A stretch of 64,000 bases of DNA, taken from positions 768,001-832,000 of the forward strand of contig CAXXDV010000001.1 of the NCBI GenBank assembly GCA_963674745.2, read 5' to 3'. Position 1 is the stretch's first letter. Each line of letters begins with the position of its first letter. Origin of the DNA: Desulfosudaceae bacterium. GTDB taxonomy: Bacteria; Desulfobacterota; Desulfobacteria; Desulfobacterales; Desulfosudaceae. Of this stretch, positions 29,954 through 39,314 are shown one piece after another. The translations under genes and the position numbers were made by a program. Under the pieces are notes generated by a model. The model saw only the letters and a list, made by a program, of their open reading frames with translations, was not told the origin of the DNA and did not search any database.

Positions 29954-31657
29954 ATGATTATGACATCTGATCTTTCTCATTTCTTCCCGGGCAGCAATAA
30001 ATCCCTTAAACTTTATACCCTGTTCGTTGTTTTCGGTTTTGTGCTGGTTTATTTGCTGCCCCTGGGTGTTCGTCCGCTGGTTATTCCGGATGAAACCCGG
30101 TACGCGGAGATTCCCCGGGAAATGATCGCCTCCGGGGACTGGGTCGTGCCCCGTTTAAACGGACTGCGCTACTTTGAGAAGCCTGTTCTGGGATACTGGA
30201 TCAACGCCCTGAGCATTCAAACGTTCGGAGAAAATGCCTTTGCCGCCCGCTTTCCGGCAGCCATGGCAACAGGCTTGACCGCTCTGCTTATTTGCTTGTC
30301 AGTCGCTTTTTTTGCCGGAGAAACCGGCACCGGTCTTCTGGCATCACTCGTTTTTTTAACCAGCCTGGAAGTCTTCTGCCTGGGAGTCGTCAGCACCCTG
30401 GACAGTATGGTGGCGTTTTTTCTTGCCTGTGCTGCAGGCAGTTTTTTCGCCGCCTGGTCCAATCGGACCATACCCGCCAGGTTTTACCTGTTCCTTCTTG
30501 TTTCCGGTATCAGTTGCGGCCTGGCCTGTCTGACCAAAGGGTTTCTGGGACTGGCCGTTCCCTTGCTGACCATTTTCCCCTTTCTCCTGTGGCAAAAAGA
30601 ATGGAAAAACGCCGTAGTTGTCACCACTATGCTTATCATTCTTGCTCTGCTGGTTATGCTGCCCTGGGGCCTGGCAATCCATATGAGAGAACCGGATTTC
30701 TGGAATTTCTTTTTCTGGAACGAACATATCCGTCGCTTCTTATCTGACAATGCCCAGCACGACCAGCCTTTTTTTTATTTTTTCCTGGTGCTGCCCCTGG
30801 GTTTTTTCCCCTGGACCGCGCTTTTGCCGGCAGCCATCGCCGGACACAGAAGAAAAGGGGTATTGACACCGTTCTTTCAATTTACGATATGCTGGCTGTT
30901 GTTTCCTTTTCTGTTCTTTTCAATTTCATCGGGCAAACTGCTTACCTATATCCTGCCCTGCTTTCCACCGCTGTCGATTCTGACTGCGGCGGGCTTGAAA
31001 AAATATTTTGATTCACCCGGGAACGCCTTTTTTAACAACGGTCTTCGCCTGATGATGGGGTTGATTATCATATTGATGATTGCGGTCCCTGTCATTCAAA
31101 GCGGATTAATGGCCAAAAGCGCCCCCCCTGTTGAACCCGGCAAAGCCTTTTTGCTTTTCGCGGCCCTCCTCTTCTACATCACCTTGCTGTTCTTCTCTTT
31201 GAAAACAGGCCAACCACTCAAAAAAATGGCCCTGTTTGCCCTGGCACCGGTTATTTTATATCTCTCGACCCATTTTATAATGCCCGGATATATTGAAAAA
31301 GAAAAAGCGCCCGGTTGTTTTCTGAAAAAACACGCAGCCGGGATCACCCCCCGGACGGTGGTCGTATCGACTGAAACAGCCATCAGGGCGGTGTGCTGGT
31401 TTTTCAAAAGGGATGATGTTTTTGTGCTCAGCGACAATGACGGCGGAGAACTTTACTACGGTCTGTCATACAAAAACAGCAGGCATCGGCACTTGACTTT
31501 CGATCAATTTCATAGGCGGATAGCCGGCAACACCTGGAGCGCCCCGGTTGTGCTTATCATCAAATCAAAAAAATACAACAGAAGGAAGCATGAATTGCCG
31601 GAGCCCGCTTATATGGACACCAGCGGTGAAAACGGCTATGTTTTTGCCGCCTATTAA
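29954..31657 (+). CDS. arnT: Lipid A L-Ara4N transferase
   Basis: PDETRYAEIPREMIASGDWVVP, RYFEKP, LTKGF, FFWNEHI.RF, GKLLTYILPC. Confidence 0.9.
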   Translation: MIMTSDLSHFFPGSNKSLKLYTLFVVFGFVLVYLLPLGVRPLVIPDETRYAEIPREMIASGDWVVPRLNGLRYFEKPVLGYWINALSIQTFGENAFAARFPAAMATGLTALLICLSVAFFAGETGTGLLASLVFLTSLEVFCLGVVSTLDSMVAFFLACAAGSFFAAWSNRTIPARFYLFLLVSGISCGLACLTKGFLGLAVPLLTIFPFLLWQKEWKNAVVVTTMLIILALLVMLPWGLAIHMREPDFWNFFFWNEHIRRFLSDNAQHDQPFFYFFLVLPLGFFPWTALLPAAIAGHRRKGVLTPFFQFTICWLLFPFLFFSISSGKLLTYILPCFPPLSILTAAGLKKYFDSPGNAFFNNGLRLMMGLIIILMIAVPVIQSGLMAKSAPPVEPGKAFLLFAALLFYITLLFFSLKTGQPLKKMALFALAPVILYLSTHFIMPGYIEKEKAPGCFLKKHAAGITPRTVVVSTETAIRAVCWFFKRDDVFVLSDNDGGELYYGLSYKNSRHRHLTFDQFHRRIAGNTWSAPVVLIIKSKKYNRRKHELPEPAYMDTSGENGYVFAAY

Positions 31658-31802
31658 TTGTAAAGGGGCCATGTCTTCAGGCACAGCTTTATAATCTTTC
31701 CTTGCATCCACTGGCATCAGAATATATGGTTGCCAGAATCATGTCGGAACTGCCGGATTACATGACTTGAAATTCCGGCTGGCTTGAAAGGCGCTTTTTA
31801 AA

Positions 31803-32387
31803 ATGTTTCAGTGGCTGTTTAGAAAAAAATCCGGAAAATATTACCGAGTCGCTGCGCTGCTGGCTGTGATTATTTTAATTGCAGGAGCGGGCTTATACTA
31901 TTATAAATCCAGACCACGACATTTTGCTGTTGTAAAAGAAGGCGTGCTGTATCGAAGTGCCTTGCTCAAACCGGATAACCTGAAAAAAATCCTTGATGAT
32001 TACAATATAAAAACCGTGGTGAGCCTGAGCGGCTACGATGACCCCGAGAACATAGCCCGCCAGAAGGAAGAAAACAGGATATGCAGTGAAAAGGGCGTTG
32101 CCGTGATTTCTCTCCCCATGTTTGCGACAAAGCCGCCCAGCGAGAGGCAGATCACCCGATGGCTAAACGTGATGAGAAACCCCTATCGTCCGCCTATACT
32201 TGTCCATTGTACCCACGGCGTCGTCCGTACGGGAATGATGGTGGCCATTTACGAAATGGAACTAAACGGAAAAGATGTTCAACAGGTTTTATCCGAACAA
32301 CCCACCTTCGGTCATGACTGGGCCGAGAACCTCAAAGATTTTCTCTTAAATTATACCCCTCGGGCAGGGGAAACAAAAAAAGGGTGA
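31803..32387 (+). CDS. Membrane-anchored tyrosine/dual-specificity (CX5R) phosphatase
   Basis: N-terminal TM; GVLYRS; P-loop VHCTHGVVRTG. Confidence 0.85.
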   Translation: MFQWLFRKKSGKYYRVAALLAVIILIAGAGLYYYKSRPRHFAVVKEGVLYRSALLKPDNLKKILDDYNIKTVVSLSGYDDPENIARQKEENRICSEKGVAVISLPMFATKPPSERQITRWLNVMRNPYRPPILVHCTHGVVRTGMMVAIYEMELNGKDVQQVLSEQPTFGHDWAENLKDFLLNYTPRAGETKKG

Positions 32388-32398
32388 AACGCCCTGTC

Positions 32399-33364
32399 TC
32401 ATTGGTTTTCAGGCGCCTTTCTATCGTTTTTATTATCCAGTTTGCTTCGCCATCTTCGATGCATCCAGAACCATTGCTCCGGATATTTTCTGATCATCAT
32501 TTCATACACATCCGAGCAGATCTGGGTATTGGTTATCACATCCGCTTCCGGATCGCCCGTATTCACCAGCTTGAGTTCTTCAAGACACATAACGACATAA
32601 TTGTAATCCGGCGTAAGCCTTATAAAGACAGGGGTGATAGGGACGTTGAGAGTGGTGGCGAGTTCTACCGGAGCGGTCACGGTATGGGCCGGAACACCAA
32701 AAAAATCGACAAATACCCCTTTAACCCTTTTTCTGGTATCAAGATCAAACAGCAGGCCGAACGTCTCTCCCGCCATCAGCCCCTCAACGACAGCCTGTTT
32801 GGCGTTCCCCCGGACCGTGTTGGCATATCCGGCCTGATTACGATAATCAACGATCAGCTTATCCATTCTGGGGTCATATGTTTTTTTGGCAACGACCCTG
32901 ATCGGATAGCCCTGCCTTACAATCCAGGTGCCCAGCAGTTCCCAGTTGCCATAATGCCCTGTCATGAGGATAGAACCTTTGCCCCTGTTGACGGCATCGG
33001 TAAAATGATGGAAATTCTCGACCGTGACAATTCTGTCAATGGTTCCGTCTTTGACAAGAACAGGCAACCGGATGGCGTCGGCAATGCAGACCGTCAGATT
33101 TAAAACGGCTTTTTTAGCAAGTTCTTTAATTTCTTTATCTGTTTTTTCCTCGCCATAAGCCAGGGTAAGATGCGCTATAATTTTTTTTCTGCGTTTGGAG
33201 GCCAGGACGTAAGCGATTCTACCGGCGAACCGCATTAAAGAAATAGATGTCTTGCGGGGCAACACTCTAAAAAACGTGATCATGCCCAACACGCCATAAA
33301 ATATTAACGTGTTTTTGAATTTCAGTTTCGGCTTTTCAGATGGCATCTTTTTGTATGCTTTCAC
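32399..33364 (-). CDS. LpxL/HtrB-family lipid A late acyltransferase
   Basis: TGHYGNWE, FVDFFGVPA, IRKYPEQWFWMHRRW. Confidence 0.9.
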   Translation of the reverse strand: MKAYKKMPSEKPKLKFKNTLIFYGVLGMITFFRVLPRKTSISLMRFAGRIAYVLASKRRKKIIAHLTLAYGEEKTDKEIKELAKKAVLNLTVCIADAIRLPVLVKDGTIDRIVTVENFHHFTDAVNRGKGSILMTGHYGNWELLGTWIVRQGYPIRVVAKKTYDPRMDKLIVDYRNQAGYANTVRGNAKQAVVEGLMAGETFGLLFDLDTRKRVKGVFVDFFGVPAHTVTAPVELATTLNVPITPVFIRLTPDYNYVVMCLEELKLVNTGDPEADVITNTQICSDVYEMMIRKYPEQWFWMHRRWRSKLDNKNDRKAPENQ

Positions 33365-33603
33365 CTATGTTGTTTTGACGGTTTTCAGAATACAAAATAC
33401 CCCCGAAAGGATATGTTTTACAAGATGGAAAGCGCAAAAAACAAAAAAGACCGGCTGACGGAATGGGTTACGGTCCGGCAAAGGGTTATATCTTGCGGTG
33501 ACTTACTGATAACTGGTATAATAACATAAATTTTTTCATTCATCGGGCAGACTGTCGTTTTTTCCAGAGAGAAACCGTTTTTTCAAAAACCGGTTGCAAA
33601 ACC

Positions 33604-34608
33604 ATGTTAAAAGTTAAACTCATATTAGCCGGCATGCTTATTGTGATTGTGGTGGCCGGGCTGGCCGGGTGGAAGTATGTGTCCCACTACGCGGTTTCGC
33701 CGGTGGATCCGGGCGCGGAAAGGCAGGTGGTGCTGGTCCCGGCCGGTTCAGGGGTGAATGTCGTATCCGGTATGCTGGCCCGCCGGGGCATAGTCGACAG
33801 TGCGATTAAATTCAAGCTGCTGTATTATTTAAAAAACCGTCATGCCCTGATTAAAACCGGAGAATATGCTCTTTCCGCGGCCATGTCGCCAACGGAAATA
33901 ATGAATATGCTCATCCGGGGAGACGTCCTGCTGCATAAACTCACCATACCGGAAGGATTTAACATAAAACAGATCGCCCAACTGGTGGACAAATCAGGGT
34001 TGGCCGGCGGCGAATCGTTCCTTCGGGCGGCCACCAGCCGCGATTTTGTTTCCACCCTGGGGATACAGGCCGACACCGCTGAAGGCTATCTGTTTCCGGA
34101 AACCTATTTTTTCCCTTCATCGGTAACGGCTGAAAAAATCGTATCCACCATGACCGACCGGTTTCATGCCGTATTCACAAAAGAATGGCAGGCCCGGGCC
34201 GGGGCACTGGGGTTTTCGGTCCACGAAATCGTGACCCTGGCCTCGATTATCGAAAAGGAAACCGCCATAGCGAACGAGCGGCCGTTAATCGCTTCGGTCT
34301 TCCACAACCGCCTGAAAAAGCGCATGCGGATGGAAAGCGATCCAACCGTTATCTATGGTATTCCCGATTTTGACGGCAACATCACCCGTGTCCACCTGAA
34401 TACGTTTACACCGTATAACACCTACCGTATCAAGGGGCTGCCGCCGGGGCCCATCGCCAGTCCCGGGCGGGCATCGCTCGAGGCGGCGCTGTATCCGGCC
34501 GATACCGTTTATCTTTATTTTGTCGCCACCGGCAGGGGCAGCCATCATTTTTCAACTAATTTCATCGACCACAAAAAGGCCGTGCGAAAATATCAGTTGC
34601 GGCGATAA
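33604..34608 (+). CDS. mltG: Endolytic transglycosylase
   Basis: TIPEG, EGYLFPETY, ASIIEKE, SDPTVIY, YNTY...GLPPGPI. Confidence 0.96.
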   Translation: MLKVKLILAGMLIVIVVAGLAGWKYVSHYAVSPVDPGAERQVVLVPAGSGVNVVSGMLARRGIVDSAIKFKLLYYLKNRHALIKTGEYALSAAMSPTEIMNMLIRGDVLLHKLTIPEGFNIKQIAQLVDKSGLAGGESFLRAATSRDFVSTLGIQADTAEGYLFPETYFFPSSVTAEKIVSTMTDRFHAVFTKEWQARAGALGFSVHEIVTLASIIEKETAIANERPLIASVFHNRLKKRMRMESDPTVIYGIPDFDGNITRVHLNTFTPYNTYRIKGLPPGPIASPGRASLEAALYPADTVYLYFVATGRGSHHFSTNFIDHKKAVRKYQLRR

Positions 34609-34683
34609 CTGGCACTGACAGCCCGCCCTGTTTTCCAAAGCTACCGCTCATTTTTTTGCATTTTTTTATTTATGGGGTGAAAA

Positions 34684-34723
34684 GGGTTCAAGGATTCAAG
34701 GGGTCGAGGGGTCGAGGGGTCAA
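34684..34723. repeat. Degenerate 8-bp tandem repeat (five units)
   Basis: GGGTTCAA GGATTCAA GGGGTCGA GGGGTCGA GGGGTCAA. Confidence 0.75.
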
Positions 34724-34747
34724 GTGGTTGTTGCGATAAAATATTTC

Positions 34748-34776
34748 TTGACATAAAATATACCAATCGGTATATT
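34748..34776 (+). promoter_or_regulatory. Sigma70 promoter overlapped by a TetR-type operator
   Basis: TTGACA-17 nt-TATATT; palindrome AATATACC-AATC-GGTATATT at 34757-34776. Confidence 0.78.
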
Positions 34777-34782
34777 GTTGAT

Positions 34783-35394
34783 ATGAAAGAAACACTGATC
34801 AGCAAATCGGAAAGAACGCGCCAGTTCATTATTGAAAAAACCGCCCCGGTTTTTAACAAAAAAGGCGTTGCCGGCACCTCCCTGTCCGACCTGACCCGGG
34901 CCACCGGCCTGACCAAAGGCAGCATCTACGGCAACTTCAAAAATAAGGACGATCTGGCCCAGGCGGTATTCCAATACAGCATCGACAACCTGACCCGGTT
35001 TATGGCCAGACAGATTGAAAAAGCCGGAACACCGGTCGAAAAGCTCCTGGCCGTTGCCGATGCCTATCGAAAATTGTATCACCCCATGATCAGTTATGGC
35101 GGATGCCCGATCCTCAATACGGCCGCCGAAGCCGATGATACCCATAAGGCCCTTTCCAACCTTGCTGTTGAAGCGATCAACCAGCTTCAGGCCGTTCTCA
35201 TTGACCTGGTCAACCAGGGCAAAAATGACGGTCAGATCGACCCTGACGCCGATGCCGATCGTTTTGCCCGAATCGCCATGGCATTGGTGGAAGGCGGCCT
35301 CATGCTGTCCAAATTGACCGGCTCCAGGAACTATCTGATGAGTGCGCTGGATCAACTGGAGGATAAAATCCGGGAGATGGCGGACATGACCTAA
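34783..35394 (+). CDS. TetR/AcrR family regulator
   Basis: FNKKGVAGTSLSDLTRATGLTKGSIYGNFKNK; GGCPILN. Confidence 0.95.
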   Translation: MKETLISKSERTRQFIIEKTAPVFNKKGVAGTSLSDLTRATGLTKGSIYGNFKNKDDLAQAVFQYSIDNLTRFMARQIEKAGTPVEKLLAVADAYRKLYHPMISYGGCPILNTAAEADDTHKALSNLAVEAINQLQAVLIDLVNQGKNDGQIDPDADADRFARIAMALVEGGLMLSKLTGSRNYLMSALDQLEDKIREMADMT

Positions 35395-35408
35395 TTTTTT
35401 TGCCCCTT

Positions 35409-35428
35409 AATATACCGAACGGTATTTT
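35409..35428. promoter_or_regulatory. Second copy of the TetR-type operator
   Basis: AATATACCGAACGGTATTTT, matching 34757-34776. Confidence 0.75.
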
Positions 35429-35452
35429 TATAAACATATGTAAGGAGCGATC

Positions 35453-37693
35453 ATGAGCGAATGGATTAAAACCGGGTGCGTGCTTTGCGCACAGAACTGC
35501 GGGCTGGAGGCCCTGGTAGAAAACGGCCGCATGGTCAAAGTGCGGCCGGACAAAAACAACCCCCGCAGCCGGGGCTATGCCTGCCGCAAGGGATTGAACG
35601 TGGCATACCACCAGTATCCAGCCGACCGGATTACCCGACCCCTGAAAAAGGTCAACGACGCGTTTGAACCCATTTCCTGGGACCAGGCTGCTACCGAAAT
35701 TGCCGAAAAGCTGCGGCAATCCGTAGACACTTACGGCCCCCGAAGCGTGGCTTACATGGGCGCCAGTTCCCAGGGTGGTCATATCGAGGCGGCTTTCGGC
35801 CTGACCATTCTGCGGGCCTTGGGATCACAGAACTTTTACTCTTCCGCCGGCCAGGAATTTGCCGGTCACTGGTGGGTGTTCGGCCGCATGCTGGGCCGCC
35901 AGTACAATGTCACCGGGCCGGACGAACACCACTGTGACATGCTGATCGCCTGGGGCTGGAACGGCATGGTCAGCCACCAGGTGCCCCGGGCGCCCATTGT
36001 ATTAAAGGACCTGGCCAAAAATCCGGATAAAATCCTGGTCTCAATCGATCCCCGCCAGAGCGAGACCGCCCGGGTGGCCGACATCCACCTGCCTGTCCGG
36101 CCGGGCACCGACGCCCTGCTCATCAAGGCCATGATCACGATTATCCTGGACCAGGGCTGGGAAAAACGGGACTACCTGGAGCAGTATGTCGAGGGTTGGG
36201 AGACGGTCCGGCCCTGGCTTGAAAATTTTGACGCCCGGGCCGCCATTGCCGTGTGCGAACTGGATTATGACCGGGTGTTTGACCTGTGTCGCCTAATGTC
36301 CGAAAGGCAGTGGGGTGTTCATCCAGACCTGGGTGTGTTCATGGGCCGCAATTCAACGCTCAACTCCTACCTGCTGATGTTGCTGCAGCTGGTCTGCGGC
36401 CGGCTGCTGGTAACGGGCGGCAACATCGTTCCCGGCATGGTCATGCCCATGGGATTTCACGCCGACGAGCGCGATGAAAAGATCTGGCGCACCATCGCCA
36501 CCAACATGCCGCCGGCCGCAGCCGGCGCCTTCCCGCCGGCCGTACTGCCCGAGGAAATCCTGGCCGATCATCCCGAGCGGGTCCGGGCGGTGGTTGTCAG
36601 CGCCTGCAACCCGCTGCGGTCGTACCCGGACACCACTGCCTATGAAAAAGCTTTTGAGAATCTGGACCTGCTGGTGGTCAACGAAATCGTCATGAGCGAA
36701 ACCGCCCGACTGGCCCATTACGTACTGCCGGCCTGCACGTTTTATGAATCTTATGACCTTACCTTTTTCCCCATGTCCTATCCGGAAGTCTATCTGCAGC
36801 TGCGGCGACCCCTTGTCAAGCCGCCGGGCGAAAGCAAAGAACTGGCCGGGATATTTACGCTGATTGCGGAAAAGCTGGGCCTGGTTCCGGATATTCCGGA
36901 CGATCTGATCGAGGCGGCCGCCGGTGATCGTCTCACATTCGGGGCCAAACTGATGGAGTGGGCCGCCTCGGAGCCGGCCGCGTTGACGGCCATGCCCTTT
37001 GTCCTGGCCAAAACCCTGGGCCGGCAATGGCAGAGCGCCCACAAGGCAGCCCTGTGGGGCATGATGATGACGGCTCCCAAGACCTTTTTCAAAAATGCCC
37101 TGCGGGCCGGGTTTGCGCCCGGGCCCGACCTGGGCGACCGTATCTTTCAGGCCATCCTGGATACCCCCCAGGGGTTGTGGGTGGGAAAAGTGGATGCGGA
37201 CAAACCCATGGCCGTACTCAAAACGCCCTCCGGGAAAATTGAGGCCTGCATACCCGAACTGGAAGACTCGGTCCGGAAACTGAGCGCCGTCGCCGAGAAA
37301 GAGGCATTGGAAATGCCCCTTGATTTTCCGCTGGTATTAAATGCCGGGCGTCACATGCCATACAACATCAACACCATGATGCGGAACCCGGAGTGGAACA
37401 AAGGCAAACGCGCCTGCACCATTGCCATCAGCCCGGTTGATGCCGAACGGCTGGGGTTGTCCGACGGACAGACGGTCCGGGTGACCACCGCGGCCGGAAG
37501 TGAAACCGGTGAACTGGAGGTCAGCGATCAGGTCAGACCGGGTATGGTCCTGATACCTCACGGGTTCGGCCTGGTTTACGATGGAAAGGTTTACGGGCTG
37601 AACGTCAACCGCTTAACCGGGGGCCGGCACCGGGACCCGCTGACCGGGACACCGCTGCACCGTTTCGTACCGTGCCGGTTAGAAAGGGCATAA
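35453..37693 (+). CDS. Molybdopterin-dependent oxidoreductase (DMSO reductase superfamily)
   Basis: CVLCAQNC...C.KG Fe-S motif, IDPRQSETA, PGTD, SETARLAHYVLP, C-terminal Mo-bisPGD-binding domain; no Tat signal. Confidence 0.92.
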   Translation: MSEWIKTGCVLCAQNCGLEALVENGRMVKVRPDKNNPRSRGYACRKGLNVAYHQYPADRITRPLKKVNDAFEPISWDQAATEIAEKLRQSVDTYGPRSVAYMGASSQGGHIEAAFGLTILRALGSQNFYSSAGQEFAGHWWVFGRMLGRQYNVTGPDEHHCDMLIAWGWNGMVSHQVPRAPIVLKDLAKNPDKILVSIDPRQSETARVADIHLPVRPGTDALLIKAMITIILDQGWEKRDYLEQYVEGWETVRPWLENFDARAAIAVCELDYDRVFDLCRLMSERQWGVHPDLGVFMGRNSTLNSYLLMLLQLVCGRLLVTGGNIVPGMVMPMGFHADERDEKIWRTIATNMPPAAAGAFPPAVLPEEILADHPERVRAVVVSACNPLRSYPDTTAYEKAFENLDLLVVNEIVMSETARLAHYVLPACTFYESYDLTFFPMSYPEVYLQLRRPLVKPPGESKELAGIFTLIAEKLGLVPDIPDDLIEAAAGDRLTFGAKLMEWAASEPAALTAMPFVLAKTLGRQWQSAHKAALWGMMMTAPKTFFKNALRAGFAPGPDLGDRIFQAILDTPQGLWVGKVDADKPMAVLKTPSGKIEACIPELEDSVRKLSAVAEKEALEMPLDFPLVLNAGRHMPYNINTMMRNPEWNKGKRACTIAISPVDAERLGLSDGQTVRVTTAAGSETGELEVSDQVRPGMVLIPHGFGLVYDGKVYGLNVNRLTGGRHRDPLTGTPLHRFVPCRLERA

Positions 37694-37713
37694 ACCGGTT
37701 ATCACATAAATCC

Positions 37714-37771
37714 GTAGGGACGCCCCCCGTGGCCGCCCGGTCAAGGGCACCCACAGGGGGGTGCCCTTACA
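37714..37771. repeat. REP doublet (REPIN-like)
   Basis: GTAGGGACGCCCCCCGTGGCCGCCC...GGGCACCCACAGGGGGGTGCCCTTACA. Confidence 0.8.
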
Positions 37772-37839
37772 GCTTCCTGTCCTGGGCCTTGCAGAGGGCC
37801 GAACGGCCAAGGCCCAGAATATAGCGTCATGAAAAATGG

Positions 37840-39081
37840 TTATTCAACAATTTCGGATCCGGTTTGGGCCGGCAGGACCAGGCGGACGGTCATGCCCTGG
37901 ACCAGCAGCGAAAACGCCACCACCGCGTAGGTCATGGTTAAAAACACAGCCCGCCATGGTTCGTCCGGCAGAGACAGGGCCAGGGCCACGGATATACCCC
38001 CACGAAGCCCGGCCCAGGTCAGCACCCGGATGGTGCCGGGACTGAAACGTCGAAACGGCTTCAAAAGCAGGACCGGCACGCTGACGCAGAACAGGCGTGC
38101 CAGCAGGGTGATGGGAATGGCCACCAGCCCCATCAGCTGATATTCGAGCGACAGGGAGATCATCAGAACCTCCAGGCCGATAAGCACGAAAAGCACGGCA
38201 TTCAGAATCTCGTCCACCAGTTCCCAGAACATGTCCAGGTGTTCGCGGGTATTGTCGGACATGGCCAGCCGGCGACCGTGGTTGCCGATCATCAGACCGG
38301 CGATGACCACCATAATCGGCCCGGACATATGCAGTTTCAAGGCCAGGGCATATCCGCCGGTCACCAGGGCCAGGGTAATCAGGATTTCAACCGCGTAGGC
38401 ATCCACCCGCCTCAAGGCTTCAAAAGCGATCCATCCCAGCACAAGGCCGAGGAGCACACCACCGGCGACTTCTTCTATGACCAGCCCGACAAGATGCCCG
38501 ACCGATATATGCTGTCCCCCGCCGGCCAGATCAAGCAAAACGATGAACACCACCACGCCGATGCCGTCATTGAACAGGGACTCTCCGGCGATTTTGGTCT
38601 CCAGGTCCACCGGCGCCCCGGCCCGCTTGAGGGTGCCCAGAACGGCAATAGGGTCGGTGGGCGAAATCAGCGCGCCGAACAGGAGGCAATGCAGGTAGGA
38701 TACCGTCCATCCGAACACCATAAACACAAAGTAAACACCCGTGCCGACAATAACCGTCGACACCACCACGCCCAGGGTGGCAAAAATGATCACTTCTATC
38801 TTATTATCCAGCAGGTCGTTCAGGTTGACATGCAGGGCACCGGCAAAAAGAAGAAACGAGAGCATGCCCACCATCAGGGCCATGTTGAAATCAATGCCGG
38901 CCACGACCTGCCGCAACCCGATATTGATGCCGAGTTTTCCCAGCAGAATGATGCCCATGGAAAAAAGCAATGAAATCAGCATCAGGGCAATGGTGGGCGG
39001 CAGCTTGAGAAAGCGGTAGTTCAAAAAGCTGAACAGTGCGGCCAGGCAGACAAGAATGGCGATATCATTAAATATGATCAT
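37840..39081 (-). CDS. CPA1 Na+/H+ antiporter (NhaP-like)
   Basis: FGALISPTDPIAV, GESLFNDG, WAGLRGGIS. Confidence 0.93.
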   Translation of the reverse strand: MIIFNDIAILVCLAALFSFLNYRFLKLPPTIALMLISLLFSMGIILLGKLGINIGLRQVVAGIDFNMALMVGMLSFLLFAGALHVNLNDLLDNKIEVIIFATLGVVVSTVIVGTGVYFVFMVFGWTVSYLHCLLFGALISPTDPIAVLGTLKRAGAPVDLETKIAGESLFNDGIGVVVFIVLLDLAGGGQHISVGHLVGLVIEEVAGGVLLGLVLGWIAFEALRRVDAYAVEILITLALVTGGYALALKLHMSGPIMVVIAGLMIGNHGRRLAMSDNTREHLDMFWELVDEILNAVLFVLIGLEVLMISLSLEYQLMGLVAIPITLLARLFCVSVPVLLLKPFRRFSPGTIRVLTWAGLRGGISVALALSLPDEPWRAVFLTMTYAVVAFSLLVQGMTVRLVLPAQTGSEIVE

Positions 39082-39314
39082 TTAACCCTCAAAAAGTAAT
39101 GCCCTCGAAAAATCAAAATCAGGATATTACGCTTATATATCATGACGGCGGTAATGGAAAGTGTTCACCCGGGCCGTTTTCAAAGCGCTTTACAAACCGG
39201 GTTTGATGCAGTATATCATTAGCGTTTGGACACGCCAAATTAAATAAACCTACGGGATTAAAAGCAGAATCCCTGGCTGATCCAGCCGGAATACGGATCA
39301 GCCTAAAAACTAAA

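Noticed and set aside
33486..33522. Seventh regulon box (TCTTGCGGTGAC resembles site B)
   Set aside because: No 16-bp palindrome; better explained as the ordinary sigma70 promoter of mltG (TTGCGG...TATAAT)
39144..39180. Possible ion riboswitch upstream of the NhaP-like gene
   Set aside because: Only an imperfect hairpin; lacks the conserved 3' segments I would expect
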